Shown here piece after piece: positions 27,029 through 35,691 of a stretch of 52,509 bases of DNA; the stretch's first letter is position 1; every line of letters begins with the position of its first letter. The stretch comes from Candidatus Methylomirabilis sp. Its GTDB lineage: Bacteria > Methylomirabilota > Methylomirabilia > Methylomirabilales > CSP1-5. A model generated the notes under the pieces. That model made no database searches and was not told the DNA's origin. It saw only the letters and a program-made list of their open reading frames with translations. The stretch is taken from assembly GCA_012974305.1 (NCBI GenBank), contig JAAXQN010000213.1:1-52509 (forward strand). Direction: 5' to 3'. A program made the translations under genes and the position numbers.

Positions 27029-27514
27029 CTAGCCCTCGCTTACCTGTACCCGCTCCATCCGATCGCCCTGCCGAATTGCGTCCACAACCTCTTGCCCCTT
27101 CACTACCTTCCCGAACACTGTGTGCTTCCCATTCAAGTGTGGCTGTGACGAAAGCGTAATGAAGAACTGGCTCCCGTTCGTGTTCGGGCCAGCGTTCGCC
27201 ATCGCGATCACTCCCCCCTCGTGGTTCAGTGGATTCCCCTCTACTTCATCTTCAAACTTGTAGCCAGGACCACCTCGACCTGTACCCGTAGGATCCCCCC
27301 CCTGGATCATGAAATCGCTGATCACGCGGTGAAACGATACGCCATCGTAGAACCCCTCGCGGGCGAGGAAAACGAAGTTGTTGACCGTTTTCGGTGCATG
27401 TTGCGGAGAGAGTTCCACCTCAATGCTGCCCTTGTTGGTCTCGATCATTGCTCGATACGTCTTGCTTGGATCAACCTGCATTCCAGGTTGAGTACCCCAC
27501 TGCTTCGTAGCCAT
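27029..27514 (-). CDS. ppiB: Cyclophilin-type peptidyl-prolyl cis-trans isomerase (cytoplasmic)
   Basis: '[15 protein letters not shown]', '[15 protein letters not shown]' and 'HTVFGKVV' are present. No signal peptide. Confidence 0.9.
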   Translation of the reverse strand: MATKQWGTQPGMQVDPSKTYRAMIETNKGSIEVELSPQHAPKTVNNFVFLAREGFYDGVSFHRVISDFMIQGGDPTGTGRGGPGYKFEDEVEGNPLNHEGGVIAMANAGPNTNGSQFFITLSSQPHLNGKHTVFGKVVKGQEVVDAIRQGDRMERVQVSEG

Positions 27515-27561
27515 AGATGATCCTCCTTAACAAGAGCGCTCAATAACTTTGACAAACGTTC

Positions 27562-27591
27562 AAGAAGAAAATGGGGTCAGACCCCATTTTT
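27562..27591. terminator. Bidirectional hairpin terminator, copy 1 of an identical 30-bp repeat
   Basis: AAGAAGAAAATGGGGTCAGACCCCATTTTT has a 9-10 bp stem (AAAATGGGG/CCCCATTTT) with T-tracts on both strands. It lies 12 nt past the SagB-like stop. Confidence 0.65.
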
Positions 27592-27602
27592 CACGGTTCC
27601 CT

Positions 27603-29321
27603 TCACCGCGACCAGCCCTCCTCTTCAACCCTTGCGCTGTCTAAGTGAAAATAGGGCGACAGCGTCATCAGCCGCGGGTCGTCGACCGGACCGCCAACGG
27701 TAAAGTGGTACAGGCTCTGAAAGCGATCTCCGCGCAGGCTGAGCAAGTTATGAAAGGCGTCGTCGAAGTAACATCCGATCCCAGTGCCGCGGACACCGGC
27801 GGCCTCTGCTTCTAGGTACAGCACCTGACCCAGCAGGCCGGATTCCCAAAACAGTTTTCGATACCACCATGCACCTGTTCCACGGATGCTTTCGGCGAAT
27901 TCGGCAATCATACCGAGGCTGAAGGCGCCGGCGGCGGCAATCTCCTGATGGCAGCTCACCACCTCTGCCTGCTCGCGGAAGTTTCCCTCGACCAGTGTGA
28001 ACAGTGGCAGGTACTCCGGGCATCCCTCCGGACGTTTCCAGAGGAAGTCGGCACGGAGGGCAGACCGTAGGCACTCGTGGACCGTCGGACTTCGCTCAAA
28101 GACGTACAGGCCTGACGGTAAACCCTGCACCCGATGCACAAAGATGCCGCAATGGAGATGCGGCGGCCAAGGCCAGACGTCCCAGGGCGGCACTCCGGGC
28201 CGTGGCAGCAGCCGGTCAAGCATGGCATAAAATGTCTCGGCCGAGATCGAGGTGATGCCGTCGAGAGCAAGACAGCTGCGGCGCTGCTTGATAAGCTGAA
28301 CAGCGTTGATTTGCGAAGAGACACTCGGGCGAGCTGGCCACGCCGCGTCCTTGTCTCCAATAACCGTGTCACCACGTCTTCGTGTCCCCGTGGCTCCGTC
28401 CTCCTGCCAGGTCGCCTCGGCGGCAGCATCAATCGCTGACCAGTGGACATGATCAGGGCTGAGTGAGTTGGCCCGGCCCGCCCAAGCACTAGCATGGAGC
28501 ACTTCCCGCAGCTTCGCAATGTCAACCCCCTCTGATTCCTCACCTTTCCCGGGAGGATGGGAAGGGCCGATGAGCAGAAGGGCGTCGGGATGTTCGCGGT
28601 CCTCCTCGGCAATGGCCGAGAAGCTCTCTAGCTGGGCCAGCCCCAGCACGGCGGCAATGTCCGTATCTGAAACATCTGCTATCAGCCTGGCCGACCATCC
28701 CAGCGACGCGGCCGCATATCGCACGGTGGCGATGGCATGGCCGGCATCGTGCTGGCAGTAGCGAAAAGCGCGCTCGCCGTACTTCCAGGCCTCGCGCCAA
28801 TGAATCGAAGACAGGCCCACGAGAAAGGAAGCTGGCGGGAGCGACTCCGCCAGCTGCTGTGCCGCTCGACCTTCCAGAACACAGCGCCGCTCCAGGTAGT
28901 GGTCCCGGCTGACGTAGTGATAGACACCGGCATTCATGCCCGGCATCTCCGGAAGGATTGCATAGCCTTCCGTGGGGTGAAGGTTGCCGCTGGACGGGTT
29001 GCAACGCAAGGCCCAGCGACTACCCTTGTACTCCTTCCAGGCTGACAGTCCCAGGGCCAGCTCGAACAGTATAGCCACGCTGTTCCGTTCCAGCGGCATG
29101 GGAGGGATGGCACCGGGAAAATAAAGGTCGGGATAGGCCGCGTCGAGCCGGCCAGCTAGAAGAGGAAGTTCGACCCTTTCCGCGCCAACGAAGGTGCGAA
29201 AGGGATCAGGCTGAGTGGCCCAGTCCAGATATCCCAGCGACGCGGCGTACTGGTGCAAGTGATGCTTGGTGCGGTGATGGTAGGCCAGCACGGCTTCGAC
29301 CGAGTCCTGTTCTTTGGTCAT
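27603..29321 (-). CDS. SagB/ThcOx-family (double nitroreductase-fold) dehydrogenase
   Basis: 572 aa. The N-terminal 'AYHHRTKHHL' signature is present, and both halves have nitroreductase-like segments. The protein ends with 'GIGCYFDD'. Confidence 0.7.
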   Translation of the reverse strand: MTKEQDSVEAVLAYHHRTKHHLHQYAASLGYLDWATQPDPFRTFVGAERVELPLLAGRLDAAYPDLYFPGAIPPMPLERNSVAILFELALGLSAWKEYKGSRWALRCNPSSGNLHPTEGYAILPEMPGMNAGVYHYVSRDHYLERRCVLEGRAAQQLAESLPPASFLVGLSSIHWREAWKYGERAFRYCQHDAGHAIATVRYAAASLGWSARLIADVSDTDIAAVLGLAQLESFSAIAEEDREHPDALLLIGPSHPPGKGEESEGVDIAKLREVLHASAWAGRANSLSPDHVHWSAIDAAAEATWQEDGATGTRRRGDTVIGDKDAAWPARPSVSSQINAVQLIKQRRSCLALDGITSISAETFYAMLDRLLPRPGVPPWDVWPWPPHLHCGIFVHRVQGLPSGLYVFERSPTVHECLRSALRADFLWKRPEGCPEYLPLFTLVEGNFREQAEVVSCHQEIAAAGAFSLGMIAEFAESIRGTGAWWYRKLFWESGLLGQVLYLEAEAAGVRGTGIGCYFDDAFHNLLSLRGDRFQSLYHFTVGGPVDDPRLMTLSPYFHLDSARVEEEGWSR

Positions 29322-29339
29322 TTTCCGAGCTCGCCTAGG

Positions 29340-29369
29340 AAGAAGAAAATGGGGTCAGACCCCATTTTT
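29340..29369. terminator. Bidirectional hairpin terminator, copy 2 of the identical 30-bp repeat
   Basis: Same 30-mer as 27562-27591. It lies 15 nt past the msrB stop and 19 nt upstream of the SagB-like start. Confidence 0.65.
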
Positions 29370-29383
29370 AGACATATCAGAAC

Positions 29384-30019
29384 TCATTTCCTTTTGCCGT
29401 CAAAAAACTTTCTGTATTTTCCATATCCTTCTTTTTCTAAATCCTCTTTTGAAATGAAACGAAGAGCAGCAGAGTTCATGCAATACCGAAGGCCTGTTGG
29501 CGGAGGACCGTCAGGGAATAGGTGCCCTAGATGAGAATCAGCATGTTTACTTCTCAGTTCTGTCCTTACCATAAACAAGTTTCGATCTTCTTTTTCTACA
29601 ATATTTTCAGGTTCAAGTGGTTTAGTAAAACTTGGCCACCCTGTTCTAGAGTCATACTTATCAACAGAGGCGAAAAGAGGCTCTCCAGAAACTATATCGA
29701 CATAAATTCCTTCTCTCTTGTTATCCAAATACTCATTGGCATATGCCCTTTCTGTACCGTCTTCCTGAGTAACATAATACTGTAATGGAGTCAGGGTTTT
29801 TCTGAGTTGCTCTGGGCTCGGCTTTTCGAATCTCCCAGATGCAGCTTCAGAACGGCTCGTTTCTAATTTGTCTTGCGATTGTTCTCCTCCAGGTGTATTC
29901 AGTTCTTCCCCTGATTTCTTTGCTCGAAGTTTTTGTTGCCCAACAGAGTTTTCTTTACACGATGATATGAGAAGCAATAGAGGCAAGATAAATAAGAGTT
30001 TAAGTTTTTTCCCTGACAT
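29384..30019 (-). CDS. msrB: Methionine-R-sulfoxide reductase MsrB, lipoprotein form
   Basis: Signal peptide with lipobox 'LISSC'. SelR domain motifs 'TGWPSF' and '[21 protein letters not shown]' are present. The gene is markedly AT-rich. Confidence 0.85.
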   Translation of the reverse strand: MSGKKLKLLFILPLLLLISSCKENSVGQQKLRAKKSGEELNTPGGEQSQDKLETSRSEAASGRFEKPSPEQLRKTLTPLQYYVTQEDGTERAYANEYLDNKREGIYVDIVSGEPLFASVDKYDSRTGWPSFTKPLEPENIVEKEDRNLFMVRTELRSKHADSHLGHLFPDGPPPTGLRYCMNSAALRFISKEDLEKEGYGKYRKFFDGKRK

Positions 30020-30290
30020 ATTTAACTCCCTTCACTACTTAAAAGATTCTACCATTCAGCCTTTCTACCTACAATTACACAGAACTGCCAGGAAATACTG
30101 AAGCTTCTTGCAGTCTATTTCACTAATCTCTCATCGAGACTTGTGGTGCATCAATCTGGATCAACAAGTGTCATCTGACCAAGACGGAGTTTCAATTTTA
30201 CCTTATTCTGGAGCTGTCCGCCACTCACGTCAAGCCTCTTCCTTCGAGGTTATGGAATCATCCACGGCAAGAGGTAGTACTGGACCATCG

Positions 30291-31829
30291 CTAATATACC
30301 GAATGCCGAAGTGCTCCGGCACCCGTGGCGAGCGCGAGGGACTGCGGGGCGATCGCTTTTCCCATGCTCCCCCCAGCGGCGAGAGACGCCGCCCCAAACA
30401 CGTCGGGCACGGCGGCCTGGGAGCTAGCAACCGCCACCAAATTGCCAAACAGCGCATTGGACGCTGTGTTGGTCCCGGCCACCGCGTTGCCGAGAAGCCC
30501 CAGGAAGACGGCAGCGAGCGGAAACCAAAAGCCCGAGGCGGAGAAGGCAATACCGATGGTCAGACTGAGACCAGAGTAGTTCATCAGGTAGCCGAGACCA
30601 AGTATGTTCAGCGTCGTCTTGATAGCGGATGAAAGCTGTCGAATGGTATTCACGTAAACGCGAATGGCTCGGGCAGGAGGAATCCGGAGCACGGCAACCG
30701 ACAGGAGGCCGGTGATCAGCGCGAGGGTCCCCGGCACCACGAGCACGGGGTAGCTGTACACGGCGGCATACGGTCCAGGCTCGGCCACGATCGGCGTCGT
30801 TTTCCAGACGAAGTTGTGCAGACCCGGCCAGTCGACACTGAACGTGCTCAACGAGGCAAGCCCTTCACGCAGCGGCGTCGCGTTGACCAGACCCATGACC
30901 ACAATCAGAAGACCAATCGGCGACCAGGCCTGTACAATCTGACGCCAGGATAACCGAACACCTGAATGCAACGCCTCCTCAGGCACCCGCTCGCCAGGAA
31001 AGTACCAGGCAGTTCTGGGTCTCCAGCGGGATAAGACAACGACGGTCGTCAGCATGCCTGCCAACGCGCCGACAATTCCAGCCGCGTACAGGGTCAGGTA
31101 GTTAGAGGCCACAAAGGTGCCCACCGCGAAGGCGAAGCCTGTGGCGAGAGTTATTTGCCATACTTCTTTGAATCCTCGCCAGCCTGACACGGCTATAACT
31201 ACGGCAGGAGCGGTAACAAGGGTGTAAAAAGGAACCTGTCGTCCGATCATGGCACCGAGCAGATCGAGGTCGAGCCCGGTGGTCACCGAGTGCAGGACGA
31301 TGATGGGCAAGCCCATAGGCCCCCAGACACCAGGATGGCTGAAGGCGAGCAAGGCTACAATGGCGGCGGTAAATGGGGGAAATCCAAAGCCGACGAGCAT
31401 AGGTGTACCAATCGCGACGGGAGAGCCAATCGCCACCAGTCCCTCCAGGAGTCCGATAAACCCATAGCCGATCAGCAACGTCTGCATGCGGCGATCGCGT
31501 GTAATATATCCGATGGACTCCTTGATCACGCTGAAATGGCCGCTATCCATGAGCAAGTTCACCAGCCACACCGCATTGACCAACGTCCACAGTAAGGGCA
31601 TTACCGCTACAGCCATTCCCATGAGCGTGCTGGCAACGGCCAGATGCAGCGGCATGTGCCAGATGGTCACCGCAAAAACCAGCGCCGATGACAGCCCGAC
31701 GAAGCTCGAAAGGGATGCGGGTTTGCGAAATCCCCCAAGCAAGATGAACATGAGGGCAATGGGGAGCAGGGCAACGGCAGCGGAAAGCATGACGCTGTCC
31801 AGCACGGGCGAATATGACTGCAGCCACAT
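30291..31829 (-). CDS. lctP: L-lactate permease (LctP family)
   Basis: 512 aa and polytopic. The C-terminal 'NYSGLS...GTNTASNALFGNL...GGSMGKAIAPQSLA' region matches LctP signatures. Confidence 0.85.
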   Translation of the reverse strand: MWLQSYSPVLDSVMLSAAVALLPIALMFILLGGFRKPASLSSFVGLSSALVFAVTIWHMPLHLAVASTLMGMAVAVMPLLWTLVNAVWLVNLLMDSGHFSVIKESIGYITRDRRMQTLLIGYGFIGLLEGLVAIGSPVAIGTPMLVGFGFPPFTAAIVALLAFSHPGVWGPMGLPIIVLHSVTTGLDLDLLGAMIGRQVPFYTLVTAPAVVIAVSGWRGFKEVWQITLATGFAFAVGTFVASNYLTLYAAGIVGALAGMLTTVVVLSRWRPRTAWYFPGERVPEEALHSGVRLSWRQIVQAWSPIGLLIVVMGLVNATPLREGLASLSTFSVDWPGLHNFVWKTTPIVAEPGPYAAVYSYPVLVVPGTLALITGLLSVAVLRIPPARAIRVYVNTIRQLSSAIKTTLNILGLGYLMNYSGLSLTIGIAFSASGFWFPLAAVFLGLLGNAVAGTNTASNALFGNLVAVASSQAAVPDVFGAASLAAGGSMGKAIAPQSLALATGAGALRHSVY

Positions 31830-32133
31830 GCGCTACCCCTCCCGGAGGTCCCCGCTCCTTAGGAATGACGCGTCGGTACCCTGAGATTTGGCAGGCTCGC
31901 CTCTGCGAATATTAGCATCCGCCAGCAATTGAGCATAGGACGGTCCTTCCCCCCATCCAACCATCCCGAGTCCGGAAACCCCGCCTCCCCTTTTCGGGTT
32001 CATCTCCGTCTAACTCCAGCGCCGAATATTTCTCCTGCTAGGCCTATATGAGCCCAGCAGGGCGTGGCGATTATCCGCGCTTTTCCACCTATTAGCTTGA
32101 CCTGGCAAACCAAATCCTTTAGAAAGAGAGATT

Positions 32134-32879
32134 GTGTCTCAGTTTTGCAGGGAGTATTTGCGGGGTGACTTACGCTCATGGATTGTAATGAAAACTCTCA
32201 AGAGTGATCCCCCGGACACGGTGTCAATTCCACGAATTTCTGTCATCATTCCGGCACGGAACGACGCCGCCGCCCTCGGCCAGACCCTTGACTACCTGGA
32301 TGGCCTCGTGAGGAACGACGCGGTCGAGGTCATCGTGGCAGCCTCCGGCGACCCTGGCGGCACGGAACGCGCTGTGGCGGGGCGGGCAAAGCTCCTCTGG
32401 CCCTCGGGGTCCACACGATCCACCCTGATGAATGCAGGTGCGGAAACCGCGCGCGGTGAAATTCTCTTCTTCCTCCATGCCGATTCCTTCCCGCCGGCGA
32501 GTGTTTTCGAGCTCATTGACCAGGCCCTGTCCAGCAATGACGTTGCTGGTGGCGCCTTCGAGCATCTCTTTGTGTCCGAGCCGCCCTGTTCCGCGAAATG
32601 GACGGGTACAAGGACCTTTGGGTCTTGGAAGATCTCGAATTCACCCAGCGCCTCAAGCGGGTTGGACGATCCATCCTGATCCCGGTGCCGGTGCTCACGT
32701 CTGGACGGCGCCTGCTCGCCCGCGGACCCTGGCGCACTTTTTGCTTCATTGTATGGTTGCTGTTTCTGCACACCATGCGGCTCGATACCCAGCGGCATGC
32801 CGAGCGCTGGCGTGGCCCGGGAGACAGTCCGCCGGGAAGCCCATGCCCCCGTGGTCGTCTGCAACAAGGAGTTTGCTGA
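32134..32879 (+). pseudogene. Frameshifted and internally shortened TIGR04283-like GT2 glycosyltransferase (third paralog)
   Basis: Frame 1 reads 'ISVIIPARNDA...LMNAGAETARGEILFFLHADSFPP...GGAFEHLF'. Homology continues only in another frame from about 32572: 'VRAALFREMDGYKDLWVLEDLEFTQRLKRVG...TSGRR'. About 30 aa found in the intact paralogs between 'GGxF' and 'FVR' are missing. Confidence 0.55.
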
Positions 32880-33890
32880 ATGAGGCCGAGTCCTCCGACC
32901 CTTCCTGTGGTGGTTATCGGCAGCAAGGTGATGCACTGTCTGCTGGCCAGAGGCCGACCCGTACTCACCCTAGCCCGCCGCCGATTGTTGATCCTCCTTA
33001 TCGGCTTGCTCCTTGTATCCCCCACAGCCACCGCAAGATCAGAGTCATCCTCACTCGTAGCAGAGTTTCAAGAATTTTCCACACGCTTCCACGAGGACCC
33101 GGCGCGGCTCGACCAAATCCTAGAAGGATTGGACCAAGCCCTCAAGACCAATTCCAATAACTCCAATACCTCCACCAACTCTACCAAACCTAGCATCTCT
33201 ACATACTCCACCAGCTCTACCAAATCCTATATGGAAAAGCTCCTGGCGATGGCACAGGTGTGCTTCATCTGGGGCGATATACGCGCCACGACAGACAACC
33301 AAAAGTTAGAGGCCTACGAGCGCGGGCAAGAGGTAGCCAGGCGATCTCTTGAGCTGGAACCGAACAACCCGGCCGCCCATTTCTGGTTCGCTGTCAATAC
33401 CGGACGATGGGGACAGACCAATGGGGTGTTGAGTTCCCTCTTCCTCGCGACGACCGTCAAAAGGGAGATCGAGATCATCCTCAACCTGGATCCACAATTC
33501 ACGCTGGCATACTCGCTGGCCGGCAATTTCTACTATGAAGTACCCAGTTTCCTAGGTGGAGATGTTCACAAGGCTGAAGCGATGTTCCGCAAGGGACTGG
33601 AGCAAGACCCGACGTTTACTGAATTGCGCGTGGGCCTGGCCAAGACGCTCATCAGTCAAAGGCGGATTGATGAGGCGCGGCAAGAGCTCCAGGCCGTGCT
33701 GGACGAGAAGGAACCACGAAATCTGGCCTACTGGACCCTGAAGGATTCCAAGGAGGCCCTGGAGCTTCTTCATTCTGTCGATATGGAAGAGCCAGAGGCC
33801 CGCCTCGATGCCATAACCGTGGGCCACCACGTTCAACAGCCCGAACCGGGCCTCAGGCACCTAGGGCATCAAACAGGAGTCCCAATCTGA
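32880..33890 (+). CDS. TPR-like protein resembling the TatT component of TRAP-T systems, secreted
   Basis: Signal-like 'RRRLLILLIGLLLVSPTATA'. 'AAHFWFAVNTGRWG' and 'LGGDVHKAEAMFRKGLEQDP' are present. The start may be ATG 32931. An S/T/N-rich insert lies at 33150-33230. Confidence 0.55.
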   Translation: MRPSPPTLPVVVIGSKVMHCLLARGRPVLTLARRRLLILLIGLLLVSPTATARSESSSLVAEFQEFSTRFHEDPARLDQILEGLDQALKTNSNNSNTSTNSTKPSISTYSTSSTKSYMEKLLAMAQVCFIWGDIRATTDNQKLEAYERGQEVARRSLELEPNNPAAHFWFAVNTGRWGQTNGVLSSLFLATTVKREIEIILNLDPQFTLAYSLAGNFYYEVPSFLGGDVHKAEAMFRKGLEQDPTFTELRVGLAKTLISQRRIDEARQELQAVLDEKEPRNLAYWTLKDSKEALELLHSVDMEEPEARLDAITVGHHVQQPEPGLRHLGHQTGVPI

Positions 33891-34287
33891 CAGGATGGAA
33901 AAGAATGATGCGAGGGGAATAAAGACAGCTCGATCCCTGTTAAGCTCTATAATAGAGAGCCGAATCCGCAGATTCGATCGACCGGGTTAGTTCCTCGGAG
34001 GAATGATATGCTCGAAGCAATTCTCGGGATCGCATTGGTGTTGGGTCTCGTCTTGCTCCAGTCCAAGTATGGCTGAGGTCCGAAAGCCTCCTCTGGACAG
34101 GGGAGTTGTAGCTTGCCTCTCTCGGATCAGGAGTCCCGCCCTGCCAAGAAGCCAACAGATTCGAATCGTTGACCATCCCTCTTCAGGCACTCCTCAACGA
34201 GCGGAGAACTCTCCCGCCATCCTCTTGCCCTTACGTTGTCTTACTCCTCGGAAAATGCTATAGTTTCCAGTCAAAATTGGGGGTGAT

Positions 34288-35691
34288 ATGACGCTGCTCT
34301 GGGTGGCCCTTGTCGGCTACGGGATATTGATGTATCTCGTCTCGCCCCGGGCCACCGACTCCAAAGCGTTCTACTGGGGATACGACGCCCAAGGGCGAAA
34401 GACCGGTTTCTGGTTGCTCACGTGCAGCACCTTTATCACCTGGATATTCGCCAAGTCGGTGACCAACGCTGCCAACCTGGGAGCAACGTACGGCATCGTG
34501 GGCGGCCTCGCCTATGCCACGTATTATCTCTCTATCCCGGTGGCGGGGATCGTTATCGTTTCGATCCGCAAACGCTGGGGCTCTCGGAGCCTCTCCGAGT
34601 TCCTCGTCAGCAAATACGGCCGAACCGCCGCCACGGCCTTCCTTCTCGTCGTCACCATTCGGCTCTTCAACGAGGTGTGGAGCAATACTGCCGTCGTGGG
34701 CTCCTACTTCGGGGGGAAAGGAACCTTTCCGTATTACGCCGCCGCCTTTGTCTTTACCGCCCTGACCCTCATTTACAGTCTCAAAGGGGGGCTCAGGAGC
34801 TCGATCATTACAGACATGCTGCAACTCGTGCTGGCCGGATTCTTTCTCTTCCTCCTCCTGTTCCACCTCTTCCCCCGGGTCGGACCGGGAGAACTCCTCC
34901 AGGCGGGCGAGTTTTCTTTTCGCGGAGGCCTCGATATCCTCCTGGTCGCTTTCCTCCAGATCTGGAGCTACCCCTTCCATGACCCGGTCCTCACAGACCG
35001 GGCTTTCATTGCGGACCGTCAAGCGACGGTTCCAGCCTTCTGGGCGGCGGGGATCGGCGGGATTCTGTTCATCCTCCTCTCCAGTCTGATCGGCATCTAC
35101 GCCTTTAAGGAGGGATTGGCCTTTACCGACGATGCGCCCCGGGTCGTGGCGGCGTCTTTCGGCCTCGGCATTCTCTTTGCGATGAACGTCATCATGCTCT
35201 GCTCTGCCGGCTCCACCCTCGACTCCACGTTCAGCTCTGTTTCCAAGGAAGCCGGAGTTGACCTGGCCGCGATCGGGTTCGACCGCTGGAGGGACCGTGT
35301 GGGGATTGGAAAGTTGGCCATGGTGGTCATCGCGCTCCTAGGGAACCTTCCTCTCTTTGCCGGGGCCTCGATCCTTCAGGCCACTACCATCAGCGGAACC
35401 ATGGTGATGGGGCTGGCGCCCATCTTCATTCTCCACTTCCTCCCGTCTGTCCCGCGCGCGTCCTTCCATTTCGCATTCTGGCCCGGACTGGGACTTGGCA
35501 TCCTGTACACCCTGGGGTGGGTCCCATCTGCCCTGGCGATCGGGAACGGCCGGTATGCTATGCTGCTGGGCGTGAACTTCTATGGGCTGCTTCTGTGCAC
35601 GGGCCTCTTTCTCGTCCCCTGGGCCTATGAACGCGTGGCCTATACGAAATTCGCTCGCCGCTTGGCCGCCGTGATGGAGAACCGACGTTGA
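34288..35691 (+). CDS. Sodium:solute symporter (SSS) family transporter
   Basis: 467 aa with about 13 TM segments. The N-terminal 'FYWG....G.W.L..S.FITWIFAKSVTNAANLG' pattern is present. Confidence 0.8.
   Translation: MTLLWVALVGYGILMYLVSPRATDSKAFYWGYDAQGRKTGFWLLTCSTFITWIFAKSVTNAANLGATYGIVGGLAYATYYLSIPVAGIVIVSIRKRWGSRSLSEFLVSKYGRTAATAFLLVVTIRLFNEVWSNTAVVGSYFGGKGTFPYYAAAFVFTALTLIYSLKGGLRSSIITDMLQLVLAGFFLFLLLFHLFPRVGPGELLQAGEFSFRGGLDILLVAFLQIWSYPFHDPVLTDRAFIADRQATVPAFWAAGIGGILFILLSSLIGIYAFKEGLAFTDDAPRVVAASFGLGILFAMNVIMLCSAGSTLDSTFSSVSKEAGVDLAAIGFDRWRDRVGIGKLAMVVIALLGNLPLFAGASILQATTISGTMVMGLAPIFILHFLPSVPRASFHFAFWPGLGLGILYTLGWVPSALAIGNGRYAMLLGVNFYGLLLCTGLFLVPWAYERVAYTKFARRLAAVMENRR

Noticed and set aside
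34153-34171. GATTCGAATC, which looks like a tRNA T-arm (GGTTCGAATCC)
   Set aside because: There is no acceptor, D or anticodon stem in the flanks. I found no tRNA-like cloverleaf anywhere in the window, including no tRNA-Sec candidate (the ATTCAAAT near 43487 has no flanking stem).
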